From positions 540,001 to 572,000 of the forward strand of contig NZ_CP011391.1 of NCBI RefSeq assembly GCF_001564455.1: 32,000 nt of DNA, read 5' to 3'. Below are positions 13,861-22,353 of the stretch, in pieces. Within the stretch, counting starts at the first letter, position 1, and each line of letters begins with the position of its first letter. The stretch comes from Faecalibaculum rodentium. Lineage in GTDB: Bacteria; Bacillota_I; Bacilli_A; Erysipelotrichales; Erysipelotrichaceae. The position numbers and the translations under genes were made by a program. The notes under the pieces are model-generated. The model was not told the DNA's origin and made no database searches. It saw nothing but the letters and a program-made list of their open reading frames with translations.

Positions 13861-16035
13861 TTACACTCCAGTTTTTGGCACTGCATACATTACTCCTCCA
13901 AGCTCCGCAGAGAGTTGAGTTGAGGGGAGAGTTCGACTAGTCCAGACTCTGATTGCAGTTTCCCATGTGCCATCTGCGCGATTTCCAACATTGCCCTCAT
14001 CAATCGTTACCATTCCATCTCGAACACTCGTAACGATTCCGACATGGTTTACACCAATGCCAGAGAACACACTCCCCGCCGCAGGTGTATAGCTAAGCTC
14101 AAATTTATCTGGATGTGTGCTGACCAACTGTGCTGCACACTGATTTCCATTACCACGAAAGCCCGGGTCAAAGCCATAAAGCTCGAAGAAACGTCCCCAC
14201 GCAAACCATGTACATTGTCCCGTCAGAACAGGAGTGTAGTATGGATTCCCTTCTCTATAAGCGGCGGCATTTCCGAAATTTGGTGTACTGGTGTAATCGC
14301 CCATAACTGGAGAAGACCAGTACGAGAACCCACTGTAATTGTTGAGATAGTTTTGTGCAGCGCCAACTTGCTGGACATGCGGGTCATTGAATGGCACAGC
14401 TGTCCAAACCATTCCCGGCATTCCTATCCCCGCAACAACTCTTTTACAGTATTCTTCTGCGCTTAAGTTATCTTTTGTGGGATCAATTCCGGCAGTATCG
14501 AAAGGGAGACTCTCCGGCTTAAATCTTTCTTCAAAAATCCATGTCATTTGAGTCTCTGGATCCTGCCAACTCTTGCCTTTGTCTTTCGCAAAATTGATCA
14601 GTCTAGTAGCATTTGCTGCTTCCTTTATGTCTGGTGTAGATGGATTTGGCCAAACATCTGAGTCCTGCAGCAATCCTAGACCTATTGCAGCATATCGGCT
14701 TGTGTTGTTTTTATAATAAGCTTCGTAGTATCTGTTCTTTGTGGTGCTTTTATTAATCCAAGATAGCCAGGCTGAGTTGTCCATTGTTGTATCGTTAAGC
14801 TGACCTGATGGACCCGGAATACAGTAGTAATTCTCATATGTAAAGGTTCCCTTAGCTGCTCCTTCTTGGAGTATATAGGCTAGGGATCCAATAATAGCGT
14901 TATCTTGCCAGTTGCGTTTCTTGGCTTCATAAATAAATGCATTTGCTGCATAAGACATTGATGCCATACTTTCGATAGGCACAGAATAACTATTGAAACT
15001 CAAAACTGTAGTTATAATCATTGTGATTGCTAGTATTGCGCAGAGTAAGGGGGCAGCCACCGCAATTAGACTTAGAATGACCGGCGCTGTTGATAAAGCA
15101 GAAAACATCCCTGCAATCAGGGACCGCAGGAGTCCTAGCGCCGACTTAGCCCATTTAACTGGTAGAAGTGGCAATGTTGCGACGTTTTTGGCCGTCTTGA
15201 CAGGATGAAAAACTACATTTTTCGCTGTCTTTTTTACTGGGCGTGAATTGGCCAGATTGTAAAAACGGAGTACTGTTGCATTCGTTGTATCTTGAGGAGA
15301 ACCTCCTTGAATTGCTTTGGTGGTGAGTTTTCGACTTTGATTGCTGACTGTATCTCTGGTAGATCGGATTGGATGAAATTTCTTCCTCTCTCTTGCATTA
15401 TCTAACAGCCAGTTTTTTCTGTCCCTCATTCGATGAGCGCGGTTAGCCGAATACTTGTCGATAGCAGCTGTACCTTTAACGTCCAAACCGTGAATTCCAT
15501 TATCTTCATATCGATTCCAGGCAAGTCGGTCACTATAAACTAGTGATTCTTTTTTGTCTTTTCCAGCTACGATTTCGTAATAATGCCTTGCCGCGTTTGG
15601 ATTATCCTTGAGAATTTCTGTTCCTTTGACTGCTTCCTTCTTTAAGCGTTTTTCGTTGTATAAACCATGGGCGATTCCTTTTTCAGCAAGGCTGATAGGG
15701 ATATTGCTCATTCTGGCTGCATTTCGAATTCCCATTGCTGAATGTCCAAGTATGAAACTGCCGGCATCTTCAGTCAGATCTGTTCTGCCATGTTGTCCCA
15801 CGTCATATATATCGCGGGTATACTTGTTGGCTGCATTCAGCGACAAATCAACCGTTTGGTGAGCGCCCCTGGATAAAGTTTGCAGCGAAGCCCAACTGCC
15901 ATCTGCGATGCTTTTAAGACTTCGAGATCCGATTTCAGCTGCAGAGGCAAAGGCATTGTTTTGAGCTTTGTCGAGTAATGAGCCAGCATTCTCGCTTAGT
16001 CTTTCGCCTCGTGTTTTGAAAATCTCTGACATCAT
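13861..16035 (-). CDS. T4SS-associated peptidoglycan hydrolase (membrane-spanning; lysozyme-like plus CHAP/NlpC-P60 domains; CwlT / CD1108-like)
   Basis: Central TM block (LIAGMFSALSTAPVILSLIAVAAPLLCAILAITMIITTVL). Then a lysozyme-like region. C-terminal CHAP signature GQCTWFAWGRFFELYG ... NHVGIVTSV. Confidence 0.8.
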   Translation of the reverse strand: MMSEIFKTRGERLSENAGSLLDKAQNNAFASAAEIGSRSLKSIADGSWASLQTLSRGAHQTVDLSLNAANKYTRDIYDVGQHGRTDLTEDAGSFILGHSAMGIRNAARMSNIPISLAEKGIAHGLYNEKRLKKEAVKGTEILKDNPNAARHYYEIVAGKDKKESLVYSDRLAWNRYEDNGIHGLDVKGTAAIDKYSANRAHRMRDRKNWLLDNARERKKFHPIRSTRDTVSNQSRKLTTKAIQGGSPQDTTNATVLRFYNLANSRPVKKTAKNVVFHPVKTAKNVATLPLLPVKWAKSALGLLRSLIAGMFSALSTAPVILSLIAVAAPLLCAILAITMIITTVLSFNSYSVPIESMASMSYAANAFIYEAKKRNWQDNAIIGSLAYILQEGAAKGTFTYENYYCIPGPSGQLNDTTMDNSAWLSWINKSTTKNRYYEAYYKNNTSRYAAIGLGLLQDSDVWPNPSTPDIKEAANATRLINFAKDKGKSWQDPETQMTWIFEERFKPESLPFDTAGIDPTKDNLSAEEYCKRVVAGIGMPGMVWTAVPFNDPHVQQVGAAQNYLNNYSGFSYWSSPVMGDYTSTPNFGNAAAYREGNPYYTPVLTGQCTWFAWGRFFELYGFDPGFRGNGNQCAAQLVSTHPDKFELSYTPAAGSVFSGIGVNHVGIVTSVRDGMVTIDEGNVGNRADGTWETAIRVWTSRTLPSTQLSAELGGVMYAVPKTGV

Positions 16036-16043
16036 GCTCCTTT

Positions 16044-16961
16044 CTAATCAAATCTCAATTCCATCCCTGTATAGATCCCTGATGCATCTTGCAAGGGAAT
16101 GCATGCACCTGGATAAGGTGAAGTTTGCAAATCTGCCATACAAGCCCCTGTAACGTTAGCCATGGTGTATCCATCGGAGAAAAGGTACAGCTTATTGGAG
16201 GGCTTATGAGATGGCTGTACAACAGAAGAGCTCGGAGCAGAGGGAACAGGTAAAGCGGTTTGATTCGCGGAAGGGGATTGGTTAGCGGGCTCTTCAACAC
16301 TATCTGGCTTTTCACTTATATCCCCAAGTTCTTCAATTTCAGGTTCTTTTTCTGGCTCCTTGATATGAATCTTTAAAACGGCATAAGCTTTATTTCCGCT
16401 CTCATCTGCAGCGGTAATTTGGTATTCAAGATCAGATCCCTCGACAATGGTTCCATCAACTTTTCCTTGAACTGTCAGCGACTCTGTATTCGTAGCGTTA
16501 TCGGCGATTGAAACATAGGACATGAGATCTTCGCTTTCGAATTGTTCAATTGTGAATTCCATGTTCTCTGTATGCAGAGTGATAACCGGCGCCTCCCTGT
16601 CAACAACACGCACCTTTTTTACAACATCCGGGAAGTCCTTAGAAAAGGAAAAGCGGATTTCTTGATCCCCTAGAACCGTGGTGTCAAGTTCAGTCATCGA
16701 CACCGAAAAATCAGTGAGCTGAATCACTGTTGGTGCCACACGTTGCTCTTCCTTTACAAGAAAATCGCCGACCTTTTCGACAAGATCTGAAGTTTTGATC
16801 TGCTCTCCAAAATTGATTTCCGTTCTGGCCAAAACCACATCAGCAGCTGGACGAGTCAGAAAAAAAAGAGCCAAACCGGCTCCAATAAAAGAAATAAGAC
16901 CAATCAAGCCATACTTGATATACCGTTTGACATCGTCGGCAATCTGCGATTTCCATTCCAT
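16044..16961 (-). CDS. Membrane-anchored surface protein with Ig-like repeat and Ser/Pro-rich linker
   Basis: N-terminal TM (YGLIGLISFIGAGLALFFL). VVDREAPVITL segment typical of bacterial Ig-like (DUF5011-type) domains. PSAPSSSVVQPSHKPS linker. SD GAGGAGGG precedes ATG 16961. Confidence 0.55.
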   Translation of the reverse strand: MEWKSQIADDVKRYIKYGLIGLISFIGAGLALFFLTRPAADVVLARTEINFGEQIKTSDLVEKVGDFLVKEEQRVAPTVIQLTDFSVSMTELDTTVLGDQEIRFSFSKDFPDVVKKVRVVDREAPVITLHTENMEFTIEQFESEDLMSYVSIADNATNTESLTVQGKVDGTIVEGSDLEYQITAADESGNKAYAVLKIHIKEPEKEPEIEELGDISEKPDSVEEPANQSPSANQTALPVPSAPSSSVVQPSHKPSNKLYLFSDGYTMANVTGACMADLQTSPYPGACIPLQDASGIYTGMELRFD

Positions 16962-16973
16962 CCAATCCCTCCT

Positions 16974-17630
16974 CTAACGGAAACAAGGGGCCAACCCTTT
17001 AGCTGAGTGATCCGAACTCTTTTTTTGCTGTAGCTCACCTTGATCTTCTGTCGTTTGAGTTACAGACTGCGGCTGCATCAGTTGAAACCAGTCTTGTGAC
17101 ATTAGCTCCTTTGGAACTACTTCTAGTGCGGCTTGGTGAATCCGCTCCGGAACACTGTCAGCTCGATCTGCCAGCTCGATAGGAAAGTCTGTCATAAAAA
17201 GAGCTGCGGCCAGCTTGGACCGAAATCGTGTCATCGGCAGACCTGGTTTTTTTACACACCATAATCCCGCTCTGTCCTGACAGAACTGCGCCTTTTCTCG
17301 CGGAGAACCTTCAGGATGACCAATTCTTGTATTAAGAATATCCGCAAATAATTCTTTTGCTATTTCCTTTTCTTCAGGAGTAAGCTGCGTCTCTACATTT
17401 CCGTCACCCTTCGGGAGATCCTCAACTGTAACAATGTCTGTGATTTCCTTCAGACACAAAGAAGAACCGTGTTTTTCGTAAGAGAAGCCGACCCGTTTGA
17501 GCTTCCGTTCGTGTTGAACGTAAAGCCATGCAAGATCCGCGCAAATCAAATCTTCATCGCAATCTAAGTCTCTTGTGTTTGACAATTCAGCCAGTTGGAT
17601 TTTGATTTCTCCATCTTTAAGGCGCAACAT
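16974..17630 (-). CDS. Hypothetical transfer-region protein (start uncertain)
   Basis: ATG 17630 lies 1 nt after the VirB4 stop, which would allow coupled reinitiation. The track start 17666 is a TTG without an SD inside virB4. No motif recognised. Confidence 0.45.
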   Translation of the reverse strand: MLRLKDGEIKIQLAELSNTRDLDCDEDLICADLAWLYVQHERKLKRVGFSYEKHGSSLCLKEITDIVTVEDLPKGDGNVETQLTPEEKEIAKELFADILNTRIGHPEGSPREKAQFCQDRAGLWCVKKPGLPMTRFRSKLAAALFMTDFPIELADRADSVPERIHQAALEVVPKELMSQDWFQLMQPQSVTQTTEDQGELQQKKSSDHSAKGLAPCFR

Positions 17631-17631
17631 A

Positions 17632-20301
17632 CTAATACTCGTTTGGATCATACCCAGTTCTGACAACTGAGACTGGAGCTTTCACAACCGGATCAGCAGA
17701 ACCCTCTGCTTTTTTAGTTGGGGCTTTTATTACCGCTTCTTTCACATATTCGGTAGCAATCTTGCTACTGGTTTTCTCCTTCGGAGATTCCGAATCGTAA
17801 TGATGAGGGTGATCATCGGGCTTAATAACAGCCTTGCGGATCGCCTTTTTTGCCTCTGTGATACGTTTCTGCTCACGCGGATCTGTGTTCCAGATTTCGT
17901 AGAGACGAGTATCTTTCGGGAAGCTGTTCTTAAAAGGAATAATCGTTGTCCCGTATTTAATCAATCCAGAACCTTTACCAGCGGAAAGCAGGGATCTTGC
18001 CTGTTCATCTGATAGGTTGAAAAGAATCTGAAGCTTTTGCACATCGTCGTGTCCCTGAGCAAGCATGATGCAGAATTCAGAGTTGGACAGCATTGAAGTA
18101 GCCTGTGTGCTTTCTAGCAGTTCGGACACGTTCTGCGTTATTCCCGTGACGACTCCTCCAAACTTGCGACACCATTTCCAAAACTCGTTCAGGAAGTTTT
18201 CGCTATAGGCATCTTTATGAAGCAGGTAAATCTCGTCAATATAGACATATGTTGGTTTACCAGAGAGGTGATTTTCTCTGACTCTTTGTTCCAGGGTTTC
18301 AAGTATAACCTTCATTGCCAGCGTTCGGATGCTGTCACCCAGTTCCGATATATCAAAAACAATGAAGCGACTGCTCATGTCAACGTTGGATTCATGAGCA
18401 AATAGATCAATGGAACCATTAACGAAAATCCATAGCGACTCGGCAATATCTGCGGCAACCGGGTTCATTGTCTCTTCGGCATATTCATTCATTTTGTTAT
18501 AAAAATCTTTCAGGGTCGGGACTCGCGTTTCATGGCCTGATTCAAGCGCCATTGTGTACTCTTGATAGACTTTATGTACAATGCGGTCCACCAGAGATTT
18601 CTGAGTGGCAGAAAGTTCACCTTGACCGATCATTTCTGCAATCACAAATAGCAGGAATTCTGATTTACGCTTCAGCCATTCTGGATCGGATAAGTCTACC
18701 TCGAACGGATTGAAATGCAGATTACTCATCATATCCACTTTAAGCACAGTGAATTTTTCTCGCATTGAGATCTTGTTTAATTCTTCTGCCAAGTGGCGGT
18801 ATTCACCCTGGGGGTCAATAAAGAAAATATCAGCATTCGGATTCTGAAGCAGCACAGCCATGGACTCCTCCTTGGCGGACCAGGACTTACCAAAACCGGG
18901 TTTACCTAAAATCCAGCCAGAGGGGTTCGCAAGCTCACGCCGGTTGGCCAGAATCATATTCCGACTTATAGGGTTGGATCCGTAGTAGATGGGGGATTCG
19001 TTGGCTCTGATTTCTTTGGTCGTAAAGGGAATCATCACTGAGCACACCTTGGACACTGTTGTCCGACCGAGCTTGTCTTTAGGTCGGCCGATCGGTAAAA
19101 CAGCATTAAACGCCTCTTCCTGCTCATAAGACATAGGCAAGAACTGGAAGCCGCGTTTCGATGCAACCGATTGCACGTCTTTGGACACAAAATCCATCTC
19201 ATCTTTAGACGATGCGTTGATCATCACGAGAAGCTGGACATGGAAGAGCCGTTGGTTCCGTTCTTGGACATCCTTTAGCAGTTCCATCGCCTGCTGATAC
19301 TCAAACTCAATCTGATCGGGGACATCACCGTCACCACCCTGACGACGATCACGGCGGATCATTTTAGAACGGTTTGCGCGCATGTCATCGATTATGTATT
19401 GGATATGAGAGACATCCTGTCCACGTGGAACAACAGACATGTGAAGAGTAATCATCAGATTGTGTTCCAAAGCCATGAGGCTCTCAAAGAAGCTTTCTGT
19501 CATTTCAGTAGCCCAGCTGCTGAGATATAGTACCTGACAATAGCGATCATCCATCCGAAAGTATTGCGGCGATTCCCCGAAGTCCATCGCATAAGGGCAG
19601 ATGAAATCTTTGGTAGAATCTCCAGGGCCCAGATATTCGTATTCGAAATCCAGGTGTTTTCCCGGTTTAATTACGCTGTAAAGAGTTTCGAGTCTCTCCT
19701 TGCCGGACATGACTGAGCACTCCGAGCCCAAACTCTGAAAACTACCTTCCAGATCATAAGCAGCCTTATCGAGGTCGCGTTTTGCCTCAACGACATTATC
19801 GGCATTAACAGTGACTGTCATAATTTTCTCAGCCACAATTTTGTTGTGACCTTTTGACAGATCGTCCAGGCGTTGCTGATTGAGTTCCATCCGCAAATCA
19901 TCCAGTCCATCAGAAGCCAGGGGGATGATCATTTTTTTTCGGAACTGTTCTTCATTCACTAGCCGATTATTAATCGTTAACGAGATTCCTGCCTTGTCAG
20001 TGGACAGAGAGTTCAGAATCTCCATATAACGCGTAAAGATATTGATCTTTGTCTCCTCCGGAGCCATTGAAAAGTTCGTGTCTGAAAACAGAATAGACAT
20101 AGAGTAAAGGTCATCATCCATAACGCAGACGCCGTTCTTCAACATCTGGTTGTATTTAAAAGCATTCTGTACAGATCGAATCCGTACTACTTCATTCTTT
20201 TTCTCTTTTCTGGTGAGTTTTTTATTCATCCCAGGCTGTTTGTTCGTTGGCATACTGCTTGTTGAGTTTGCGGTCAGTCCGACTTTTTTTCGTCCGATCA
20301 T
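17632..20301 (-). CDS. virB4: VirB4-family T4SS ATPase (ConE / Tn916 Orf16 / TcpF-like)
   Basis: Walker A LGKPGFGKSW and Walker B PTYVYIDEIY, about 890 aa. ATG 20301 lies 8 nt after GAGGAGGAG. An in-frame TGA sits just upstream of that SD. Confidence 0.9.
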   Translation of the reverse strand: MIGRKKVGLTANSTSSMPTNKQPGMNKKLTRKEKKNEVVRIRSVQNAFKYNQMLKNGVCVMDDDLYSMSILFSDTNFSMAPEETKINIFTRYMEILNSLSTDKAGISLTINNRLVNEEQFRKKMIIPLASDGLDDLRMELNQQRLDDLSKGHNKIVAEKIMTVTVNADNVVEAKRDLDKAAYDLEGSFQSLGSECSVMSGKERLETLYSVIKPGKHLDFEYEYLGPGDSTKDFICPYAMDFGESPQYFRMDDRYCQVLYLSSWATEMTESFFESLMALEHNLMITLHMSVVPRGQDVSHIQYIIDDMRANRSKMIRRDRRQGGDGDVPDQIEFEYQQAMELLKDVQERNQRLFHVQLLVMINASSKDEMDFVSKDVQSVASKRGFQFLPMSYEQEEAFNAVLPIGRPKDKLGRTTVSKVCSVMIPFTTKEIRANESPIYYGSNPISRNMILANRRELANPSGWILGKPGFGKSWSAKEESMAVLLQNPNADIFFIDPQGEYRHLAEELNKISMREKFTVLKVDMMSNLHFNPFEVDLSDPEWLKRKSEFLLFVIAEMIGQGELSATQKSLVDRIVHKVYQEYTMALESGHETRVPTLKDFYNKMNEYAEETMNPVAADIAESLWIFVNGSIDLFAHESNVDMSSRFIVFDISELGDSIRTLAMKVILETLEQRVRENHLSGKPTYVYIDEIYLLHKDAYSENFLNEFWKWCRKFGGVVTGITQNVSELLESTQATSMLSNSEFCIMLAQGHDDVQKLQILFNLSDEQARSLLSAGKGSGLIKYGTTIIPFKNSFPKDTRLYEIWNTDPREQKRITEAKKAIRKAVIKPDDHPHHYDSESPKEKTSSKIATEYVKEAVIKAPTKKAEGSADPVVKAPVSVVRTGYDPNEY

Positions 20302-20629
20302 GCTCATCTCCTCCTCTCATGATGATGGGTTTGCAAAATGTGATTCTCTGAGTACGGCGATAATATCTGAATACTGACTTCAGAAATTCATCGTAGGGAC
20401 GGCCATGCCATTTCCTGAATCCCCCTATAGAAAAGATTGCCAGTCCGCAGACAAAGCAGAGAATGAATCCGAAATCGTAAAGATGCACTAGGCTGCATAA
20501 GAAGAAAATAAAAAGCGAAACAATTGATGCAATGACAATCCAAACAAGCTGTCTGGCGGTTATTCCCATATAGAGTTTCTTCTCGTATTCATCTATATCT
20601 TTGGGGATTGAGACATAAAGGTTTTCCAA
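20222..20629 (-). CDS. PrgI/VirB3-like small two-TM conjugation protein
   Basis: MENLYVSIPKDIDEYEKKLYMGITARQLVWIVIASIVSLFIFFL then a second TM, the usual PrgI-family layout directly upstream of VirB4. The 3' end overlaps virB4 by about 80 nt. Confidence 0.6.
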   Translation of the reverse strand: MENLYVSIPKDIDEYEKKLYMGITARQLVWIVIASIVSLFIFFLCSLVHLYDFGFILCFVCGLAIFSIGGFRKWHGRPYDEFLKSVFRYYRRTQRITFCKPIIMRGGDEHDRTKKSRTDRKLNKQYANEQTAWDE

Positions 20630-20640
20630 TAGCTACCTCC

Positions 20641-20676
20641 TATAAAAAGAAATCGGTAGCAATCTTGCTACCGATT
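20641..20676 (-). terminator. Internal hairpin terminator/attenuator within the T4SS gene string
   Basis: Perfect 11-bp stem AATCGGTAGCA (20651-20661) / TGCTACCGATT (20666-20676) with a 4-nt loop. TCTTTTTATA follows on the minus strand. Confidence 0.6.
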
Positions 20677-20701
20677 ATGGGTAAAAAATGTGATGACGTT
20701 G

Positions 20702-21241
20702 TTATCTTGCTTTTCCCAAATCCTTTTTGCGATTCGGGGATTTAGCCTTTTCCTGTTTGTTTTCCGGCTTAGGTCTATCGAGTCCAAGATCTCGCTTCAC
20801 ATCGATTTCCCTGCGGACAAAGATTTGCTTCAGTTCTTTCAAAGAGACCTTGCATGACTGCGGATGATCAAATTTTCCAGTAACTTTATCTCGGTGGTTT
20901 TGAAAATAAACTGTAAAGACCGCTTCAGAAGCATTATTGATAATCAAAAAGCTTTGCAAGGTCTTCTTGCCATCCTTAGTGATAGTCCTGACATTTTCGT
21001 AGGGAACCTGGATATAGCCTCTTCTTCCATTCCTTTCCAACCCGTTTTCATCTGCAGTAAATGTAAACTTGCGATGGTCTTTATCTGGAATCCATATTTT
21101 GGCATACCGTTTTCTGGAGCCATCGGGATTTCTGACTGTCGAGTGGTAAAACGGCTTATAGGCAATTCGACCGGTAGCAGGATCCACGACTTTATTAGCG
21201 ACCACAACCTGTCTTGCGGAAAAGAATATTCTGTCGTCCAT
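20702..21241 (-). CDS. Hypothetical basic protein of the transfer region (179 aa)
   Basis: Clean ORF with a Lys/Arg-rich C-terminal tail (RPKPENKQEKAKSPNRKKDLGKAR). No motif recognised. Confidence 0.55.
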   Translation of the reverse strand: MDDRIFFSARQVVVANKVVDPATGRIAYKPFYHSTVRNPDGSRKRYAKIWIPDKDHRKFTFTADENGLERNGRRGYIQVPYENVRTITKDGKKTLQSFLIINNASEAVFTVYFQNHRDKVTGKFDHPQSCKVSLKELKQIFVRREIDVKRDLGLDRPKPENKQEKAKSPNRKKDLGKAR

Positions 21242-21250
21242 ACTAACTCC

Positions 21251-22114
21251 TTAGTTGACTTGCAGTAAACTTTTGGCCCATCCACCGGTTTGGAAGATGG
21301 CGATGACCAGAAGCAAGGAAAAACCTACATAGGTCCAGCAGAGAGTGAAGATGTCTCCCACACTTTCAAGCTGGATAGCTCCTATGATCGTCATGAAAAA
21401 GTAAACTGCAATCATGATGAAAGCTCCCTGCAGTCCAAGCGCAAGAAGTCGCTTGAGAAAAGAAACACCGATAGATTTATATTCTGAGCTACAAAACGTA
21501 CAGAAGGGAACTGGGGCAACAGCAACGAAAATATAGATCTCAATAAAACGCAGCTGGCAGACAATCGATGCCAAAGTCAGCGCAATGTTGATCACCACAT
21601 TGCAGAACCAGGCTGTTACCCCTGCGAAGAATTTATTCATAAGATCGGCGTCTTTCATTGCTTCGGTAACAAGCTCTTCTGTGTTGATTGACGACATCTC
21701 TTCGATGGTAATCATCTTTCCAATATTGTTGGCTACCTCGGTACTCAACGAAAAACACAGCGAGATGATACCGGTCATGTTCTTAACGACAACAACACAA
21801 ATTGCCATTTTAAGCAGGGTCATGATAATCGAGTAAAACATGTCGATACCACTGGTTTGATTGCGGCTCAGCAGATGGAAGAGCTCCATCGCAAAGAAAA
21901 TACCACATACGGTCACTGCTACTGGTGCCACCGCTTTCAACGATACATTTTGTGCAGTTTCCCAAAGGGAAGCCGCAGGGAATGATACTCCATCAGTGAG
22001 ATTTGAACCATTAGGATGTAAGGCTGCCAGATTAAAGATTTCTTGAATTTTTGCATAGTCAAACGTAGCCAAACTTGTAATGAATTCGACTATACCGCTC
22101 AGGAACTCAATCAT
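21251..22114 (-). CDS. Polytopic membrane protein, VirB6/TrbL-like T4SS channel component
   Basis: 287 aa with about 6 hydrophobic spans. Position between the Maff2-like gene and the VirB3/VirB4 genes fits. Assignment rests on topology and synteny only. Confidence 0.6.
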   Translation of the reverse strand: MIEFLSGIVEFITSLATFDYAKIQEIFNLAALHPNGSNLTDGVSFPAASLWETAQNVSLKAVAPVAVTVCGIFFAMELFHLLSRNQTSGIDMFYSIIMTLLKMAICVVVVKNMTGIISLCFSLSTEVANNIGKMITIEEMSSINTEELVTEAMKDADLMNKFFAGVTAWFCNVVINIALTLASIVCQLRFIEIYIFVAVAPVPFCTFCSSEYKSIGVSFLKRLLALGLQGAFIMIAVYFFMTIIGAIQLESVGDIFTLCWTYVGFSLLLVIAIFQTGGWAKSLLQVN

Positions 22115-22138
22115 TCATCTTCTCCTGGGAGTTTCGGC

Positions 22139-22351
22139 TTAGCCGAAGTTCAGATTAAGGCCGGCAAGAATGCCGAAAATGAACCAGACAGCAGCGCCTG
22201 CCATTGCCAGAAAGACGTTGGAACCAATCTGATTGCTATCATGATTAAGCGCAGAGATGATCAGCTTAATAACGGCAAAGCAGAAAATAACAATACCTGC
22301 TGTCTGACCAGCTTTAGACAGAATAGTCCACATGTTAGTAATTGAATCCAT
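22139..22351 (-). CDS. Maff2-like small two-TM membrane protein (VirB2-position gene)
   Basis: 70 aa with two hydrophobic helices around a polar loop (NHDSNQIG). Sits directly after the coupling-protein gene, as in Clostridial ICEs. Confidence 0.5.
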   Translation of the reverse strand: MDSITNMWTILSKAGQTAGIVIFCFAVIKLIISALNHDSNQIGSNVFLAMAGAAVWFIFGILAGLNLNFG

Positions 22352-22353
22352 AA

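Noticed and set aside
22131-22150. Near-palindrome TTCGGCTTAGCCGAA at the Maff2-like gene stop as a regulatory hairpin
   Set aside because: The 7-bp arms are separated by 1 nt, too tight for a stable loop. It overlaps the stop codon and is plausibly coincidental.
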